Virus record (IMG/VR): IMGVR_UViG_3300028549_001457 | Span: 32,001-96,000 of that record | Strand: one strand, 5' to 3' | From: a virus | Lineage: Duplodnaviria; Caudoviricetes | Length of the DNA: 64,000 nt | Part shown: positions 17,971 through 27,469 of the stretch, piece by piece | How the letters are laid out: the number at the start of each line of letters is the position of its first letter | Numbering within the stretch: the first letter of the stretch is position 1 | Notes under the pieces: generated by a model | What the model was told of the DNA's origin: nothing | Seen by the model: the letters and a program-made list of their open reading frames with translations, nothing else | Database searches by the model: none | Program-made: the position numbers and the translations under genes

Positions 17971-19551
17971 GTGCCCATTTTTTTGGATCAAACGCTTAGA
18001 AAAGCATTATTATCTAAAATACGAGACTCTTTTGGTCGAGACGAAGGTTTGGCAGGTAGGGTTCGTGTATTGGATCAGGAAACCTTTCTCCCAGAAGCCG
18101 AGAATCAAGTTATTATGACGGATCTTCAGGTTGCAAATGAGTCCCTCGACGCTTCCAATAGAGTTACTGAGCTATCTGGCAGAGTTACCTTTGCCCCTCT
18201 TACCCGGCCAGACACATCGTTTCTTTTCTGGGCTCAAGAAAACCCAGAAGAACCCCAAATTATGGATCACGGGTTTTATGAGTTAACCCTTCATAAGGTG
18301 GCTTTACAGACACCCTCCCCCTCTGCCCCAGACACTTCCTGGGAACTTCAGGTAGAGGCAATTAAGCGAGTTACCGAAAAGCGTCAGCCGTGGTCAGGTC
18401 TTAGGATAGTGTTAGGACCCTCCGTAGATCTATCTACAGTGTCTATGTCCGATTTAACTATTCGTCAAAGTGTCATCACCCTGGAACCTCACACGGATTT
18501 TTCCCTGGTCTCTGACACCCTGTATCTAAAACGATATGACCCACATACGTATATTTTATACAAGGGTGTTGATATTACAGATGAGTGCAGCTTTCTTGAA
18601 CTGGTATCTAACGAGTTGACATTTACCACAATAGCTCCTCCCATACAGTTGCCCGAGGGCGTTTGTTTAGAATCCGTTTCCGTGTTCAATCTTACTCTTA
18701 ACAGGCCCCTCTCTAAGGGCTGGAGTGTTACTCAAAGCGGTAAGCTTATTTGGGATCTCCCCACACATAGAGGAACCTCTGTTCTCATCCAATATTACCA
18801 GAAAACCCCTCTTAGAATGTGGGATTTGCCCAAAGAATTTCAGTTTCCATTAGAGTCCACCCCACTAACCTATTCCACAGGTAAGTCTTCTCTTCTAGTT
18901 GTCTCCAATTTGCGCGGTGCCCTGGATCCTTCCACCTACGAGATCCGCAACCTAGTATTGCGTATTTTAGAACCTCTTCCTAATGAAGCACTTACTGTAG
19001 ATTATAGATTCCATTTTAAATCTCTAGGTCAGTTCCGGGTGGATCCAGCTAGCATTACCTGTCAGATAATCCCTGGCATCAGCCTAACGTTTACGGACAA
19101 CTTTTCTGATGGCGACAGAGCCGTTGTAATTAAACATGATCAGGTAAAAAACATAGGGCAAGAGAATGGTGGGACCAATAAGGTTGAGCTATCTCTAAAA
19201 TTGAGGTCCGCTGATGACCTAACACTTGAGAGAATGACCGCCAGGGTTTTCTTTTTATTTACAGACCAAATAAGTTTATTTGAGTTAACTAACCAAGGGG
19301 TTAGTCTAGAGAACTCAGTTTCCTACGCACGTTCTTATGAAGAGCGTGATGGCAACGCTGATAAGTGGGCTGTAAATACCTTTAGGTTGACCATTCATCA
19401 TACTTGGAGATATCTCATCCCCTATGTTTCAGATTTAAACACCCTAGATTTAGCCACAGGTTTCATTGAAGTTTCCGGGGATACTGGTGCTCCAACCTTT
19501 AGGGAGTTAATTGTTTCAACCACAAAAGATTCATGGATTCAGGCTTACTAG
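17971..19551 (+). CDS. Tail completion / terminator-like protein with a large central insertion
   Basis: Position before the sheath; N- and C-terminal terminator-like segments (VELSLKLRSADDLTLERM...FRLTIHHTWRY). Confidence 0.45.
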   Translation: MPIFLDQTLRKALLSKIRDSFGRDEGLAGRVRVLDQETFLPEAENQVIMTDLQVANESLDASNRVTELSGRVTFAPLTRPDTSFLFWAQENPEEPQIMDHGFYELTLHKVALQTPSPSAPDTSWELQVEAIKRVTEKRQPWSGLRIVLGPSVDLSTVSMSDLTIRQSVITLEPHTDFSLVSDTLYLKRYDPHTYILYKGVDITDECSFLELVSNELTFTTIAPPIQLPEGVCLESVSVFNLTLNRPLSKGWSVTQSGKLIWDLPTHRGTSVLIQYYQKTPLRMWDLPKEFQFPLESTPLTYSTGKSSLLVVSNLRGALDPSTYEIRNLVLRILEPLPNEALTVDYRFHFKSLGQFRVDPASITCQIIPGISLTFTDNFSDGDRAVVIKHDQVKNIGQENGGTNKVELSLKLRSADDLTLERMTARVFFLFTDQISLFELTNQGVSLENSVSYARSYEERDGNADKWAVNTFRLTIHHTWRYLIPYVSDLNTLDLATGFIEVSGDTGAPTFRELIVSTTKDSWIQAY

Positions 19552-19560
19552 GAGGACACC

Positions 19561-19926
19561 TTGCCCCTGATCGAATTCATTTGCCCTCAATGTAGTCTAG
19601 CTTGGGCTCATAGGTCCCCAACTATTTCTAGTGAACATAATACCCAGGTTTGCAAAAGGTGTGGAGCTACTGTAGCAAGACAGGGGCTTCCTTCCTCTCT
19701 TGCTATTCAAAGGGCCGGGACAGCATCTGCTACTACGGACCATATTGTTGGACAAGATGCCGCTCAACGCTGGGATGAGTTCCATGGGAAAAAAGAGGCT
19801 AGGGACTCCATCCGTAAAGAACTAGGGACACAGGCACTCTCCCAGACCTCTGATGGGACGTTTACGGCTGCTTCCCAAGAGCGTCTACAAACGCGCAAGC
19901 AAGCATATAAATTCCTAAATGAATAA
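19561..19926 (+). CDS. FmdB-like zinc-ribbon protein with a helical C-terminus
   Basis: MPLIEFICPQC...CKRCG; GGAGG RBS. Confidence 0.65.
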   Translation: MPLIEFICPQCSLAWAHRSPTISSEHNTQVCKRCGATVARQGLPSSLAIQRAGTASATTDHIVGQDAAQRWDEFHGKKEARDSIRKELGTQALSQTSDGTFTAASQERLQTRKQAYKFLNE

Positions 19927-19996
19927 TTTTCCTTTATTAGAATGACTCGATGAGTCTGAGTGCCCCGCCCTCTATCTTAACTTTAGGAGCTTTAAT

Positions 19997-22900
19997 ATGG
20001 CCAGTAACCTACCTGCAGGGTATAATCCTCCAAGTGTCTTCACACAGACCTCCATTGATTTTGCCCAGCCCATTGTCTACGGAAACAACAAGACCGTAAC
20101 TATCATTGGTGTGGCTGATGAGACTAAGTCAGCGGTTGCTGTTGAAATGATTCGTGGATCGAGTTCCACCCTTGACAACCCCATTTATGGTTATGATGTG
20201 TCCTCGGATGTTACTGGGACCAACGCAACGTTCCAAGTCAGACCCTTCCCTATCGTGGATGGAACTGGGGTTGGGAGAGTCACCAAGGATCCTACGTCAG
20301 TTACTGTGTATGTTAATGGTGAGATCGCTAATGTAGTGTCCGTAGATGGTGCGATGGGTCTTATCACCCTCCAGACACCTCCCATGCTGAATGACATTGT
20401 AACCATTAATTACTACTTCAAGAAGAAGGATACCTTTATTTCTGGTGAGGATCTTTCTTCAGCGGTTCCTGTGTCAGCCAAGCTAACCCAGGCTCTTACA
20501 TCAGGCGCAAACCCCACTACGCTACACCTCTCCCTGACTAACCCCGGCCCCATGAGTAATTATATTTCATCAACCGGGAAGGGTGTCTCAATTCTCTTTA
20601 GGAATACCAGCGTTGGGTCTGGGGTTAACAACGCCGTGCAGGGTAATGGTACGGACACCCTTACTATTGATGTGCGTAATGCCCCGGTAGCCCCCGCCAC
20701 TGAAGGGACCATTCGTACAGCTAGCGAGTTAGTTGCATTAATCAATACTTATGCCTTTACCCTTTCTGGGGGTCAGGTTATCGCTTCTTATACTGGGAGC
20801 AACCTCCAGGTTGATCCTGCGGTTCTAAGCGCTACTGCGGTTGGGTTTGCTGGCGGTATCGGCCAGTCTTCCGCTAAGGTCTTCCAGGTAGAAAACCTCC
20901 CCATAGTTGATGGCACCAACGGGGGTATCACTACTACTACCGCAGCTCACATTAGCGCCTATGTAAACTCACATCAGGTGGTTGTAAAATCCGTAGATGG
21001 CATTACTGGCCTCTTCACGCTAGAAAACCCAGTCCCTGAGGGTGCCACTCTGACCGTGGATTATTACACCAATACTTACCGAGATACAGCAGATACACTC
21101 CCCTATAAGGATGCCATCAGTGTGCAGCAGTGTGGTTTTAGCGCACGAGGTATTGATTTCATTGCTGATTCTGATTTTGTGTTAGCAAATGATACGATTC
21201 ATTGGGGTAACTCTGCGGTAGTTTCTTCGGTATCTACAACCTCTACCTACACACCCTTTGGACCTAAGATCACCACTCAGGTATACGATAACAAAGTTTA
21301 CCTCGTTAAAACGTCCCAGGGTGCTTGTGATGGTCAGAATATCGTCTTCACACTACCCTCTCCCCCCATGGACGGGGCTGGTAATGGCATCGTAACCGAT
21401 GACCCCGAGAAGATCGTTGCGTATGTTGGTGTTGATGCCTACCATGCGTATCAGAATGGCCCCGTGGCTGTTATTCGGGTTACCGGAGCTACCTCGCAGT
21501 TTATGCTGCAGAGCGCACCTCCTGCAAATACCAACGTGTATGTAACCTACTACGAGTCTCTGATCAATGATGCTACTATCACGCTCACTTGCGTGGCATC
21601 AGGTCCTGCCCAAATCGGAACCTACACCGCAGTCTCCTCTAAGGGGGCCGTGCTTGGGTATTCCATCGACCAGAACGTTTCTAATGCCGATTTTGGACTT
21701 TCCTCATTGATTTTCCCAAACTCTGGCCGTGCTGATCTCATGGGTGTTCCAGGATACTCTCCTCAGGAGGTCATTACGCTGACCTTCACGGATTCCTTCA
21801 ACTACACCGTGACATCTGATCTTGGTGCGGCAGGGACCCACGGGACAGGTTGCCTGAACCAGACTTATATTGATGCCCTTACAGGTGTTCGCTTCACCCT
21901 CTTAGATCCTTCTTCGGGTGCCGATCTAACCGCCTTTGGTTGGACAAGCCCTGTTAGCAGCCCCTATGTCTTTGCAGCGGGTGACACCATTACTCTAACC
22001 GGGGTATCTTCTTTCACCACGGGTAATTTTGAGCGGCTCTTCATCCCTGGCGTTAAGATGGTTGTGAGTGATGCGTTGGGTGTGGCTTCTGGGGATACCG
22101 CACAAGTGGCCACTTACAATAAGGCTGGTAATGAGCCTAATATTGGTGACGTATACTATGTGACGTATACATATGCTAAGCCAGCTTCGGCTTATGACCT
22201 CCAAGTATACTTTAGTACTCAGGAGGAGAACGTCTACGCGGATTATGGCTACCCCAGCCCCTCAAACAAGCTTGCTTTAGCCGCTTGGGTGGCATTCCGT
22301 AATGGTGCTAAGGTTGTGGGCCTTCTACAGGTTACCAAGGATTATGGCCTTACAGATGCCAGCGACTCTAAGTATTATGCCGCTTTAACCAAGCTCCAGA
22401 CGCTTTACCCTGGGATGTCCCGCAAGCCTCAGATTATTGTTCCTCTGAATACTTCCCAGAGTTTTATCCCTTACCTCAAGAAGCATGTGGAAACTCAGTC
22501 TTCCATTAAAATGCGTGGGGAGTGCGTTGGGTTCTTTGGCTTCGCTAATAACACAAACCCCTCCACGGTTATCTCTCTTTGTCAGGCAAATAGCTCTGAG
22601 CGCATGGTTGCTGTTTATCCTGATGGTGGTATTATCACTATCACCGATAATTACGGCAATAGTCGTGATGTGGTTGTGGATGGTAGCTTTGTGGCAGTTG
22701 CTGTGGCTTCTCTGTATGGGGATCCTCAGTGGGATGTTGCAACTCCTCGCACCCGTAAGCCCCTGTATGGCTTTAAGAGGCTCTTCCGCCGCCTTGATCC
22801 CAATGTCCTCAATTCAGTGGCTCAGGCAGGTTGCACCCTAGTGGAACAGGTTGGCGTGACTACTCGTGTTCGTCATGCTATCACCACGGACCCCAGCAAT

Positions 22901-23203
22901 GTGCTTTCCGTGCAGCCTAGTGTGACCTTCCTCAAGGACGAAATTCAGGCTGACCTTCGTGATCTCCTTGATCCTTTTGTCGGGAAGAAGTTCCTCAACT
23001 CGGTTCTTACTGATATGAAGTCCAAGATTGTTTCCTACCTTAAATCCAAGATTGACTCCGAGATTATCCAGACCTACGGAACCATCACCGTGTCTCGTGA
23101 TGAGTCTGATTCTCGTATTGCTCGTGTGCAGGCGTCCTACATTCCTGTAGGTGAGCTTACTTATGTCATGTGCGACCTGTTAATAAGGTCCCGTGCAGAG
23201 TAA
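19997..23203 (+). CDS. Contractile tail sheath protein (1068 aa)
   Basis: N-terminal GYNPPSVFTQT; C-terminal sheath domain (GCTLVEQ...VRHAITTD...SYIPVGELTYV); AGGAG RBS. Confidence 0.9.
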   Translation: MASNLPAGYNPPSVFTQTSIDFAQPIVYGNNKTVTIIGVADETKSAVAVEMIRGSSSTLDNPIYGYDVSSDVTGTNATFQVRPFPIVDGTGVGRVTKDPTSVTVYVNGEIANVVSVDGAMGLITLQTPPMLNDIVTINYYFKKKDTFISGEDLSSAVPVSAKLTQALTSGANPTTLHLSLTNPGPMSNYISSTGKGVSILFRNTSVGSGVNNAVQGNGTDTLTIDVRNAPVAPATEGTIRTASELVALINTYAFTLSGGQVIASYTGSNLQVDPAVLSATAVGFAGGIGQSSAKVFQVENLPIVDGTNGGITTTTAAHISAYVNSHQVVVKSVDGITGLFTLENPVPEGATLTVDYYTNTYRDTADTLPYKDAISVQQCGFSARGIDFIADSDFVLANDTIHWGNSAVVSSVSTTSTYTPFGPKITTQVYDNKVYLVKTSQGACDGQNIVFTLPSPPMDGAGNGIVTDDPEKIVAYVGVDAYHAYQNGPVAVIRVTGATSQFMLQSAPPANTNVYVTYYESLINDATITLTCVASGPAQIGTYTAVSSKGAVLGYSIDQNVSNADFGLSSLIFPNSGRADLMGVPGYSPQEVITLTFTDSFNYTVTSDLGAAGTHGTGCLNQTYIDALTGVRFTLLDPSSGADLTAFGWTSPVSSPYVFAAGDTITLTGVSSFTTGNFERLFIPGVKMVVSDALGVASGDTAQVATYNKAGNEPNIGDVYYVTYTYAKPASAYDLQVYFSTQEENVYADYGYPSPSNKLALAAWVAFRNGAKVVGLLQVTKDYGLTDASDSKYYAALTKLQTLYPGMSRKPQIIVPLNTSQSFIPYLKKHVETQSSIKMRGECVGFFGFANNTNPSTVISLCQANSSERMVAVYPDGGIITITDNYGNSRDVVVDGSFVAVAVASLYGDPQWDVATPRTRKPLYGFKRLFRRLDPNVLNSVAQAGCTLVEQVGVTTRVRHAITTDPSNVLSVQPSVTFLKDEIQADLRDLLDPFVGKKFLNSVLTDMKSKIVSYLKSKIDSEIIQTYGTITVSRDESDSRIARVQASYIPVGELTYVMCDLLIRSRAE

Positions 23204-23221
23204 CTAGGTAGTCAATTTTTC

Positions 23222-23255
23222 AATACAAAAGGCCTCAGAAGAGGCCTTTTGTATT
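23222..23255 (+). terminator. Perfect 15-bp stem terminator AATACAAAAGGCCTC-agaa-GAGGCCTTTTGTATT
   Basis: Directly visible after the sheath gene. Confidence 0.9.
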
Positions 23256-23341
23256 TAGTATTCCCACCAGAGGCTTTAATGCTCACGAAAGTTATTTAAT
23301 TCCTTTCTTTGAATGGGCTGTTTTTCTAGGGGTTCATAAAC

Positions 23342-24745
23342 ATGCGTGATTATTTAGAATTAGACACGACACCTATCGATGAGCCCTGTGCTCAAGTTGG
23401 ATCTGAGGACTACTCTAAAAATGCACGATTAGAGTGTAAAGCTCTGGCCGCACAACTAATTCGCGTCTTTGGGGAGCCCCCTGCGGGAACCTCTTATACG
23501 GTTCGCTCCAATCCGCATGACTTTGGGACCTACCTAGAGCTTGCTATTCGTTTTGATGACGAAGATGAGGTTGGGTCTAACTATGCCTATGAGGTTGAGG
23601 GCAACTTACCTCAGGTCTGGGATGCTGAAGCTAAATCCTTTCTGGCATCTGGGGGCTACTCCGTTAAAGGTGAGTTGGATTCCACGGACTCGCGTTGGGC
23701 GTCTCGAATGGTTCGAAAAGAAGCCTCTCGTATGTCTAGCTATAAGTTAGCAGATTTTGTTGAAGATTTAGGTGATGAAGATCCCTCTGAGTCAGAATAC
23801 ATTGTTTCTAAGACATACGAGGTTGTTACACAAGAATCTGCCGAAGAGGGTGACTTTGCAGATTCGGGGTTTGTTTTTCAAGATGAGCCTATGGATCGCT
23901 CTGATGTGGTGCGTGAGCTTAGGCGTGAGGGATACATCTCTCCTAGTGCTTCCTTCCTAGGGGGGCTGCGCTGGGTGTCAACGGAGCCCGAGCAAGACTA
24001 TTCCGATGGGAGCTACACCACATACTCCCTGCACATTAAAGATATTTCCGGAGACGAATGGAAGTCGCTTCTGGTAGAAGCGGGTCTTTTTAGAAGTATG
24101 GGCATTACTGGGGGATCCAAACGATCTGTCTATGATGACCCCGACCCTATTGAAGAACCCTATAATTATGATACTGACCCTGGACCCTCCTATCCGGGTA
24201 GTAATGTGCAGGCATCTGTGAAGAAGGCTTACGGAGATGATGATGGGTTTAGTGACTATAATGATTATCTAGACGGGGATGACCTGGAGAACCTGGGTCA
24301 ACAGGAATCCTGGGAGCATTCTAGAGCTGAGATGGCAGATGATGACCATGACGAGGAAGTGGAAGAAGATTCTGAGATCCGGGTAGATACGTGGTTTGAA
24401 CGTGATCGCGCTAGTATTGTTGTTTATAAGGGAGATACCGAAATTGCAGAATGGTGGGATGATGACGTTCGCCAGATGTTCGAGGACGGTTTCTTCAACA
24501 ATAGAAATCTAGAGAAATCTGTTATTGATTATTGTAAGTCTGTTGGTATTATTCGAGAACCCAGGAGGTTTGATGAAACCTCGCATTATCGTTCATCATC
24601 CAGATTAGTTTATGAGGATTGTGGGGTCCCTCCAAATACTTCAACAGCTACTATGGACCACAATTCGGAGCTTAGGGCTTTAGCCGCTCAGATCCAATCT
24701 ATGAGTGGAACTTCTTTTAACCCCAATAGTCCTCTCAAGGATTAG
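23342..24745 (+). CDS. Highly acidic modular protein (putative internal head protein)
   Basis: 467 aa, Asp/Glu-rich modules separated by basic Ser/Ala linkers; C-terminal motif shared with the next ORF. Confidence 0.7.
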   Translation: MRDYLELDTTPIDEPCAQVGSEDYSKNARLECKALAAQLIRVFGEPPAGTSYTVRSNPHDFGTYLELAIRFDDEDEVGSNYAYEVEGNLPQVWDAEAKSFLASGGYSVKGELDSTDSRWASRMVRKEASRMSSYKLADFVEDLGDEDPSESEYIVSKTYEVVTQESAEEGDFADSGFVFQDEPMDRSDVVRELRREGYISPSASFLGGLRWVSTEPEQDYSDGSYTTYSLHIKDISGDEWKSLLVEAGLFRSMGITGGSKRSVYDDPDPIEEPYNYDTDPGPSYPGSNVQASVKKAYGDDDGFSDYNDYLDGDDLENLGQQESWEHSRAEMADDDHDEEVEEDSEIRVDTWFERDRASIVVYKGDTEIAEWWDDDVRQMFEDGFFNNRNLEKSVIDYCKSVGIIREPRRFDETSHYRSSSRLVYEDCGVPPNTSTATMDHNSELRALAAQIQSMSGTSFNPNSPLKD

Positions 24746-24773
24746 ATTTCTTCTTTGGTATAAGGAGCATATT

Positions 24774-25544
24774 ATGCTTAAAATTGCCGCCGCCGATAAA
24801 TCTTGGCTACAGCACCTCGTCTTGGCAGAACGCCGCCGCCTTGCTAGCCTTCACCACGCTGCGCTTATCGCTAACACTGAAACCGCTATTCAGGATCATG
24901 AAGGTGATGCTGGCTACGAGGCCGCGTTATCCGATAAGAAGCAGGCTCCTAAGACAGCCGCATTTGGTGGCCCCAATAACCCAAGGGTTGGTCAGAATGA
25001 CCTTGAGACTTTCAATGTTGCTTGTGAGCATGTGGAAGATCAGCATCCAGAAATGGACCCAGCCAAGGTGTTTAATATCCTAAATGCCGTGATGGAGCCC
25101 GGTCTTTCTATTACCGAGCTTCTCACTAAGGCTGATCCCATGCTTCGCACGGCTTCTAAGACTAAGAAAGCTGATGCCGAGAAGGACAACACCGATACAG
25201 CTATTGAAGATCACAAGGGGGACCCCATTTATGAGAACGCACTGGATCCCAAGGTTGGGGGCCGTAAGCGTTCAGGTTTGGTTGATGACGCCAAAGAATT
25301 TGAACAGAATCCAGCAGCCTGGAGGCAGAAGAACCCAGGTCAGTTAGACCCTCCCCCTTCTGAACTAAAATTTTCATCAAAAAAGACCTCCGCTGACCTC
25401 AAGGTGGATGATTCTGGTAATCCCCCCAACACCTCAAAGGCTACCCAGGATCATGACTTTGAACTGAAGGCTCTCGCAGCTCAGGTTCAGAGTATGCTAA
25501 GTGGTAAAACAGCATTTGATCCCAACGATCCCCTTAAGGATTAA
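24774..25544 (+). CDS. Modular hypothetical protein with repeated NTxxAxxDH motifs
   Basis: Start ATG 24774 with AAGGAG RBS (track start 24705); C-terminus paralogous to that of 23342..24745. Confidence 0.7.
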   Translation: MLKIAAADKSWLQHLVLAERRRLASLHHAALIANTETAIQDHEGDAGYEAALSDKKQAPKTAAFGGPNNPRVGQNDLETFNVACEHVEDQHPEMDPAKVFNILNAVMEPGLSITELLTKADPMLRTASKTKKADAEKDNTDTAIEDHKGDPIYENALDPKVGGRKRSGLVDDAKEFEQNPAAWRQKNPGQLDPPPSELKFSSKKTSADLKVDDSGNPPNTSKATQDHDFELKALAAQVQSMLSGKTAFDPNDPLKD

Positions 25545-25550
25545 TAAGTC

Positions 25551-25589
25551 TATATTAAAAAGCCCCACTAAGTGGGGCTTTTTAATATA
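25551..25589 (+). terminator. Perfect 18-bp stem bidirectional terminator
   Basis: TATATTAAAAAGCCCCAC-taa-GTGGGGCTTTTTAATATA. Confidence 0.9.
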
Positions 25590-25645
25590 TATAGTTTTCC
25601 TTTTAATGGAGTTTTCATTTTTAACTCCAAGAAAGGAGTTCAGTT

Positions 25646-25846
25646 ATGCAGGTTCTACGATTAGATACAGATATGATTAGAGTTACTGTAAAAGATAACA
25701 CATTTGAGTTGACTCAGGATGAATTAGATCTCCTGTTAGGGCTGTTCATCCCCCTAGCAACACCCAAGGAACGTCATATATTCTCTCTTTTTCAGCGTCT
25801 TTCTCCAGAGGGCATGGAAAGCATGGGTATGCTGTTAAAGCCATGA
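25646..25846 (+). CDS. Small hypothetical protein
   Basis: AAGGAG RBS; 66 aa. Confidence 0.6.
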   Translation: MQVLRLDTDMIRVTVKDNTFELTQDELDLLLGLFIPLATPKERHIFSLFQRLSPEGMESMGMLLKP

Positions 25847-25859
25847 CTCCTTTTATTAG

Positions 25860-26246
25860 ATGGGGGACTTTCTAATGGCTTCAATTTTACATGTTAACCA
25901 GATTCCTGATCAGGGCATTATGCGGGTTCGTTTTCGCTGGGATGCTATTGACCCAACTGATGCTGTGCTCACACGTAAACTAGGGGAGCCCAGGGTAGCT
26001 ACTGGTGGGGTTTTTACGGACCCAACTGATTCTACATTTACTTGGCAAGAGCCTGATGGCTATACTCCTTTATTTTCCTTTGGAGCAGCCTTCCTGGAAA
26101 ATGGATATGATTCAACCAAAGACCCGCTAGCCCAAAGACGGGCAACTGTTTGGGGAACTGTTATGAAGGCTAGGTTAGAGGCCTCTCTTCTTAAACTAAG
26201 AGCTGCTGGGGATACATTTTCTCTTGATACCTCTGTTAACATCTAA
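25860..26246 (+). CDS. Hypothetical protein (possibly structural)
   Basis: Intact ORF upstream of the tube gene; start may be ATG 25875. Confidence 0.6.
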   Translation: MGDFLMASILHVNQIPDQGIMRVRFRWDAIDPTDAVLTRKLGEPRVATGGVFTDPTDSTFTWQEPDGYTPLFSFGAAFLENGYDSTKDPLAQRRATVWGTVMKARLEASLLKLRAAGDTFSLDTSVNI

Positions 26247-26360
26247 TTTGCCTTTAATGTGTGACAGGTTTTTAAAACCTGTAATTACTTCCAATGGCGT
26301 ACCCGCCGACTAAAATTTTTAAATTTGAATCTTTCTTTTAGTTAGGACAGGAGCTTTAAT

Positions 26361-27041
26361 ATGCCACTGGATACTGGATATCTATTCCGCCAAGGGGCAA
26401 ACGGCCAAACCAAAACCGTGACCTCGCAGCGCAACCGAATTTACTCCCCTCACGTTGGACAAACTGGTCTTAGGATTATTGGCGTCCTAGGTGACTTTAA
26501 GGTTAATGAGAGCCGTAAGATTGATACTGTTCGTGGTATTGGTTTTGGGGATCAGATTGCCGAGTTGGTTCCCGGAAACACGGATGCCACCAAGATCTCA
26601 GTTACTCGTACGGCCCTGTATCTCCAGAACCTCATGCAGACTTTTGGGTATAAGGCAGGCTCCTCGGGCCTTGTTCGCTCTCTTAAACATCACAAGTGGC
26701 CCTTTGACATCCGTCAGGAAATTGTTTTCTCCGAGATTGCTTCTGAGGCACAGGATGCTGGGCAGTCCCAAAGGTGGGCTCCTGAGAACCCTGAGGGTGG
26801 TTTAAATAACACGGGTGATACAGGTGATATCCGTGCGATTTTCACGATCTTTGAGGGATGCTGGATGGATTCTTATGACTACACATTTAATAATGAAAAC
26901 GTGGTTGTCACTGAGAATTGCGGCATTCAGGTCAGTGACATCTTTGATGGTAATGACTCTGTCTATGGCATGTTCCTAGACAGCGGAAACAATAAATCTG
27001 ATGCAACAGGTCGTTCCATGAGATTCTCCGGGAATAACTAA
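26361..27041 (+). CDS. Tail tube protein
   Basis: IGVLGDFKVNESRKIDTVRGIG...ELVPG; WPFDIRQ; FEGCWMDSYDY...TENCGIQV; RBS identical to the sheath RBS. Confidence 0.85.
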   Translation: MPLDTGYLFRQGANGQTKTVTSQRNRIYSPHVGQTGLRIIGVLGDFKVNESRKIDTVRGIGFGDQIAELVPGNTDATKISVTRTALYLQNLMQTFGYKAGSSGLVRSLKHHKWPFDIRQEIVFSEIASEAQDAGQSQRWAPENPEGGLNNTGDTGDIRAIFTIFEGCWMDSYDYTFNNENVVVTENCGIQVSDIFDGNDSVYGMFLDSGNNKSDATGRSMRFSGNN

Positions 27042-27061
27042 GTCTAACGTAATGTTTCATA

Positions 27062-27090
27062 AAAAAGAGGGGCTTAGGCCCCTCTTTTTA
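27062..27090 (+). terminator. Terminator AAAAAGAGGGGC-ttag-GCCCCTCTTTTT
   Basis: 12-bp inverted repeat after the tube gene. Confidence 0.88.
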
Positions 27091-27109
27091 TCTTAGGTAG
27101 GGGGTTTTT

Positions 27110-27469
27110 ATGACTGTCAAGACTTTATGCTCTTCCGTGGTAGGGCTTTTAGGGGCTATCCTGGATGTCTTCAAGAAACTAGTTTCTCTTAGGCCCATTG
27201 AATACTTTAAGGGTCTCACTAATAAGAACAACCCTCATTCATCCCATCGATTTGTAAATCTCATTTGGGGGTGTGGTTCCTTCTTTATGTTTTGGGCAAT
27301 TAGCTTTATCCAGGTTACCCGAGACGTAGCTTTTAGATTTGGGGCTTTAGAGTATACCTTTATTGGTGCAATGGCTGGTATTAGCACCATATCTGCGATT
27401 GTGTCCAAGAAGAAGGATCAACCCAAAACCCCTTGTTCAGATACTGTTGCTTCTGAGGATGACAAGTAA
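27110..27469 (+). CDS. Small membrane protein (holin-like)
   Basis: 119 aa, two hydrophobic segments, charged C-terminus (SKKKDQ...EDDK). Confidence 0.4.
   Translation: MTVKTLCSSVVGLLGAILDVFKKLVSLRPIEYFKGLTNKNNPHSSHRFVNLIWGCGSFFMFWAISFIQVTRDVAFRFGALEYTFIGAMAGISTISAIVSKKKDQPKTPCSDTVASEDDK

Noticed and set aside
26267-26285. Palindrome ACAGGTTTT-T-AAAACCTGT upstream of the tube gene
   Set aside because: AT-rich with a 1-nt loop and no second copy found; could be an operator but is unsupported.
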